The notes under the pieces: model-generated
What the model saw: the letters and a program-made list of their open reading frames with translations, nothing else
Databases searched by the model: none
What the model was told of the DNA's origin: nothing
Made by a program: the position numbers and the translations under genes
Part shown: positions 62,429 to 64,000 of the stretch, piece by piece
Layout of the letters: each line of letters opens with the position of its first letter
How positions within the stretch are numbered: the first letter of the stretch is position 1
Assembly (NCBI GenBank): GCA_029821635.1
Contig: JALGSW010000047.1
Location: 5,026-69,025, forward strand
Direction of reading: 5' to 3'
Source of the DNA: Candidatus Zipacnadia bacterium
GTDB taxonomy: Bacteria; Armatimonadota; Zipacnadia; Zipacnadales; UBA5352
DNA: 64,000 bases

Positions 62429-63742
62429 TCAGCGGAGTCTGCGCACCCGTACGCTCCAGTCGATGATGTCCACCGAGGCCTTGTCCTGCTCGGAGGCGGG
62501 GCCCTGCAGCGTCGGGTCGCCGGCCTCCTCATCGGCGAGCAGGTCGCCGTCCTGCACCATCTGATCCTCGTCGGTCACCAGCGTGATGTAGTCGTTGCCC
62601 AGCCGCCCGAGCGCGTCGTAGGTGTGCTCGTCGGGGTTGACCACCGTCGGGTCGAAGATCAGCTCGGTGGTGGCGATGAAGTTCACGCTGATGTCGTCGA
62701 TGTTCGCCCCCAGCCGGCTCAGGTCCACCGTCGCGCGCAGCGTCGATCCGCCCTGCGGCAGCGTCGAATCATACGGGAAGCCCAGCGACTGCCCGATCGG
62801 GTTGGGCTCCAGGAGGATCTTCGCCGTCTGCCCCGCGATCAGGTCTCCCGTCACGATCGTCATGCCCGGAATCGGCCCGTCGGCGAGCACAGCGTTGTTG
62901 TTCGCGGGCAGCACGGACTGCGCCGTGACGGTCGGCCCGAGGCCCTCGGGGACGAAGCGGTCGGTCACAGTCGCGGTCGCCTGCGCCACGTCGATGCTCT
63001 GCGTGCCGGACAGGTCCGGGCCCGCAGCGATCGTCAGCGCCAGGCCCAGCGCGTCGAGCGAGTCCGCCGCCAGCGCGACGCCGCCGGCGTTGAGCGCGTC
63101 GACCGCGGCCTGCTCGGTCGCGGTCAGCGCGCGGCCGCCCGTGGCAGCCGGCGTCCAGGTGACCGAGTCCGCGACGACCTGCCCTGCGGCGTTGGTGCTC
63201 AGTGCAAGCGTCCCCGCAGCCTGGAAGCCATTGTTGGTGACGGTCGCGATCGCGCCGTCGCCGGTGAGCGTGGTGGCGCCAGGGCTTAGCGCGTCGATGG
63301 TGATGGAGTGCGCCCCTGCGTCGGTGCTCTCTGGCGTGCCGGCGACGCCCGTGACGCCCCCGCTCGCCTGCTCCAGGCTCGGCTGCAGCGTGGCCCGGAA
63401 CAGCTCGTAGCGGCCCTGGTGATACTCGATGTAGTGCGTCAGCGATCCGGTGCCCCAGCCGTTGCCCCAGTTGGGGCCCGCGGCGACAGGCAGCGGACCG
63501 TCGGCGCCGAAGTCGTTGTCGGCGTCGAGCGCGATGTAGTAGTAGAAGGCGTCCTGGATCGGCCCGGCAAAGGTCACGACGAACTCGAGCACCCACTCGG
63601 GCACGATCGGCTGCTCCTCCCCCCCACGCGCGCAGCCGGGGAGTAGCATCGCACCGACCAACGCGCACACCACCAGCCCCGCCGTCATCCGGCGGGTGAG
63701 GACCTTCTGCATGGACGCTCTCGCCATCGTGCCCCTGTTCAC
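62429..63742 (-). CDS. Hypothetical lipoprotein
   Basis: Lipobox-like ...GAMLLPGC. Several in-frame Met/GTG start candidates between 63688 and 63742. No recognised domain; Thr/Ala/Gly-rich beta-like sequence. Confidence 0.6.
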   Translation of the reverse strand: MNRGTMARASMQKVLTRRMTAGLVVCALVGAMLLPGCARGGEEQPIVPEWVLEFVVTFAGPIQDAFYYYIALDADNDFGADGPLPVAAGPNWGNGWGTGSLTHYIEYHQGRYELFRATLQPSLEQASGGVTGVAGTPESTDAGAHSITIDALSPGATTLTGDGAIATVTNNGFQAAGTLALSTNAAGQVVADSVTWTPAATGGRALTATEQAAVDALNAGGVALAADSLDALGLALTIAAGPDLSGTQSIDVAQATATVTDRFVPEGLGPTVTAQSVLPANNNAVLADGPIPGMTIVTGDLIAGQTAKILLEPNPIGQSLGFPYDSTLPQGGSTLRATVDLSRLGANIDDISVNFIATTELIFDPTVVNPDEHTYDALGRLGNDYITLVTDEDQMVQDGDLLADEEAGDPTLQGPASEQDKASVDIIDWSVRVRRLR

Positions 63743-63762
63743 TATTCCCTCTTCACTCTTCC

Positions 63763-64000
63763 CTAGTCCATCCGCGCCTGAATCCGCGCCACGAGTTCCT
63801 CAGCGTTGGCGACGATCACCTGCTCGACCTCACGCGGCGAGAGTCCCGCCAGTCGCGCGATCTTCCGCGCACTCTCCTCGGTGAGGAGTTGGGAGGGCGT
63901 GTGTCCGTCGGAGTTGACCAGCAGCGTCGCCCCTGCCGCGATCGCCAGCCGCGCCACACGGCCGTTAGCCAGCGAGTGGCCGTCCTTGCCGGTGATCTCG
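63763..64000 (-). CDS. PHP-domain (histidinol-phosphatase-like) protein, C-terminal part only (continues beyond window)
   Basis: ...LAIAAGATLLVNSDGHTPSQL... is typical of PHP-domain C-termini. The frame is open to the window edge. Confidence 0.55.
   Translation of the reverse strand, partial: EITGKDGHSLANGRVARLAIAAGATLLVNSDGHTPSQLLTEESARKIARLAGLSPREVEQVIVANAEELVARIQARMD

Noticed and set aside
1-64000. tRNA, rRNA, tmRNA, transposase, integrase or prophage genes.
   Set aside because: All intergenic regions of about 70 nt or longer were read. None shows a cloverleaf-compatible pattern (no GTTCRANNC T-loop in context) or rRNA-like sequence. No ORF resembles DDE, serine or tyrosine recombinases or phage structural proteins.

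Overview
High-GC (about 68-70% by eye) bacterial chromosomal segment, densely coding, with about 55 protein genes. I found no rRNA, tRNA, CRISPR array, transposase or integrase.

Gene content:
- The left third is housekeeping, in a Bacillus-like order: nusB-xseA-xseB-dxs-(TPR)-nadK-recN.
- Next comes a 4-subunit 2-oxoacid:ferredoxin oxidoreductase operon, then rplU-rpmA-obg and trxB.
- The rest mixes secreted or glycan-related proteins (a LamG/NPCBM/DUF4091-like protein, a GH78-like protein, a secreted multidomain orthocaspase), two M48-TPR proteases, tyrS, mutS2 and an HDAC-family enzyme.
- There is also an aminotransferase/URO-D-like/ArnT-like/dehydrogenase operon and a DUF1559 prepilin-like protein. 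The DUF1559 protein fits Armatimonadota-, Planctomycetota- or similar lineages, but that attribution is weak.

Most noteworthy observations:
1. A protein with a RecQ fold in which every ATPase/helicase motif looks degenerate is fused to a ComF-type phosphoribosyltransferase. It is operonic with dprA and divergent from a Cas4-like nuclease.
2. A DUF366 / QueE-like radical SAM / HgdB-like dehydratase operon is split by a 635-bp array of tandem GC-rich palindromic repeats. Its first two genes are bracketed by inverted copies of a related approximately 95-nt hairpin element.
3. The same loose repeat family expands three further intergenic regions.
4. The beta subunit of the oxidoreductase is disrupted by an apparent internal deletion plus frameshift.

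Limits: all calls rest on reading the supplied translations and the nucleotide sequence by eye. Start codons were refined from RBS spacing. GC statements come from hand counts of sample lines. No database search or folding computation was run.
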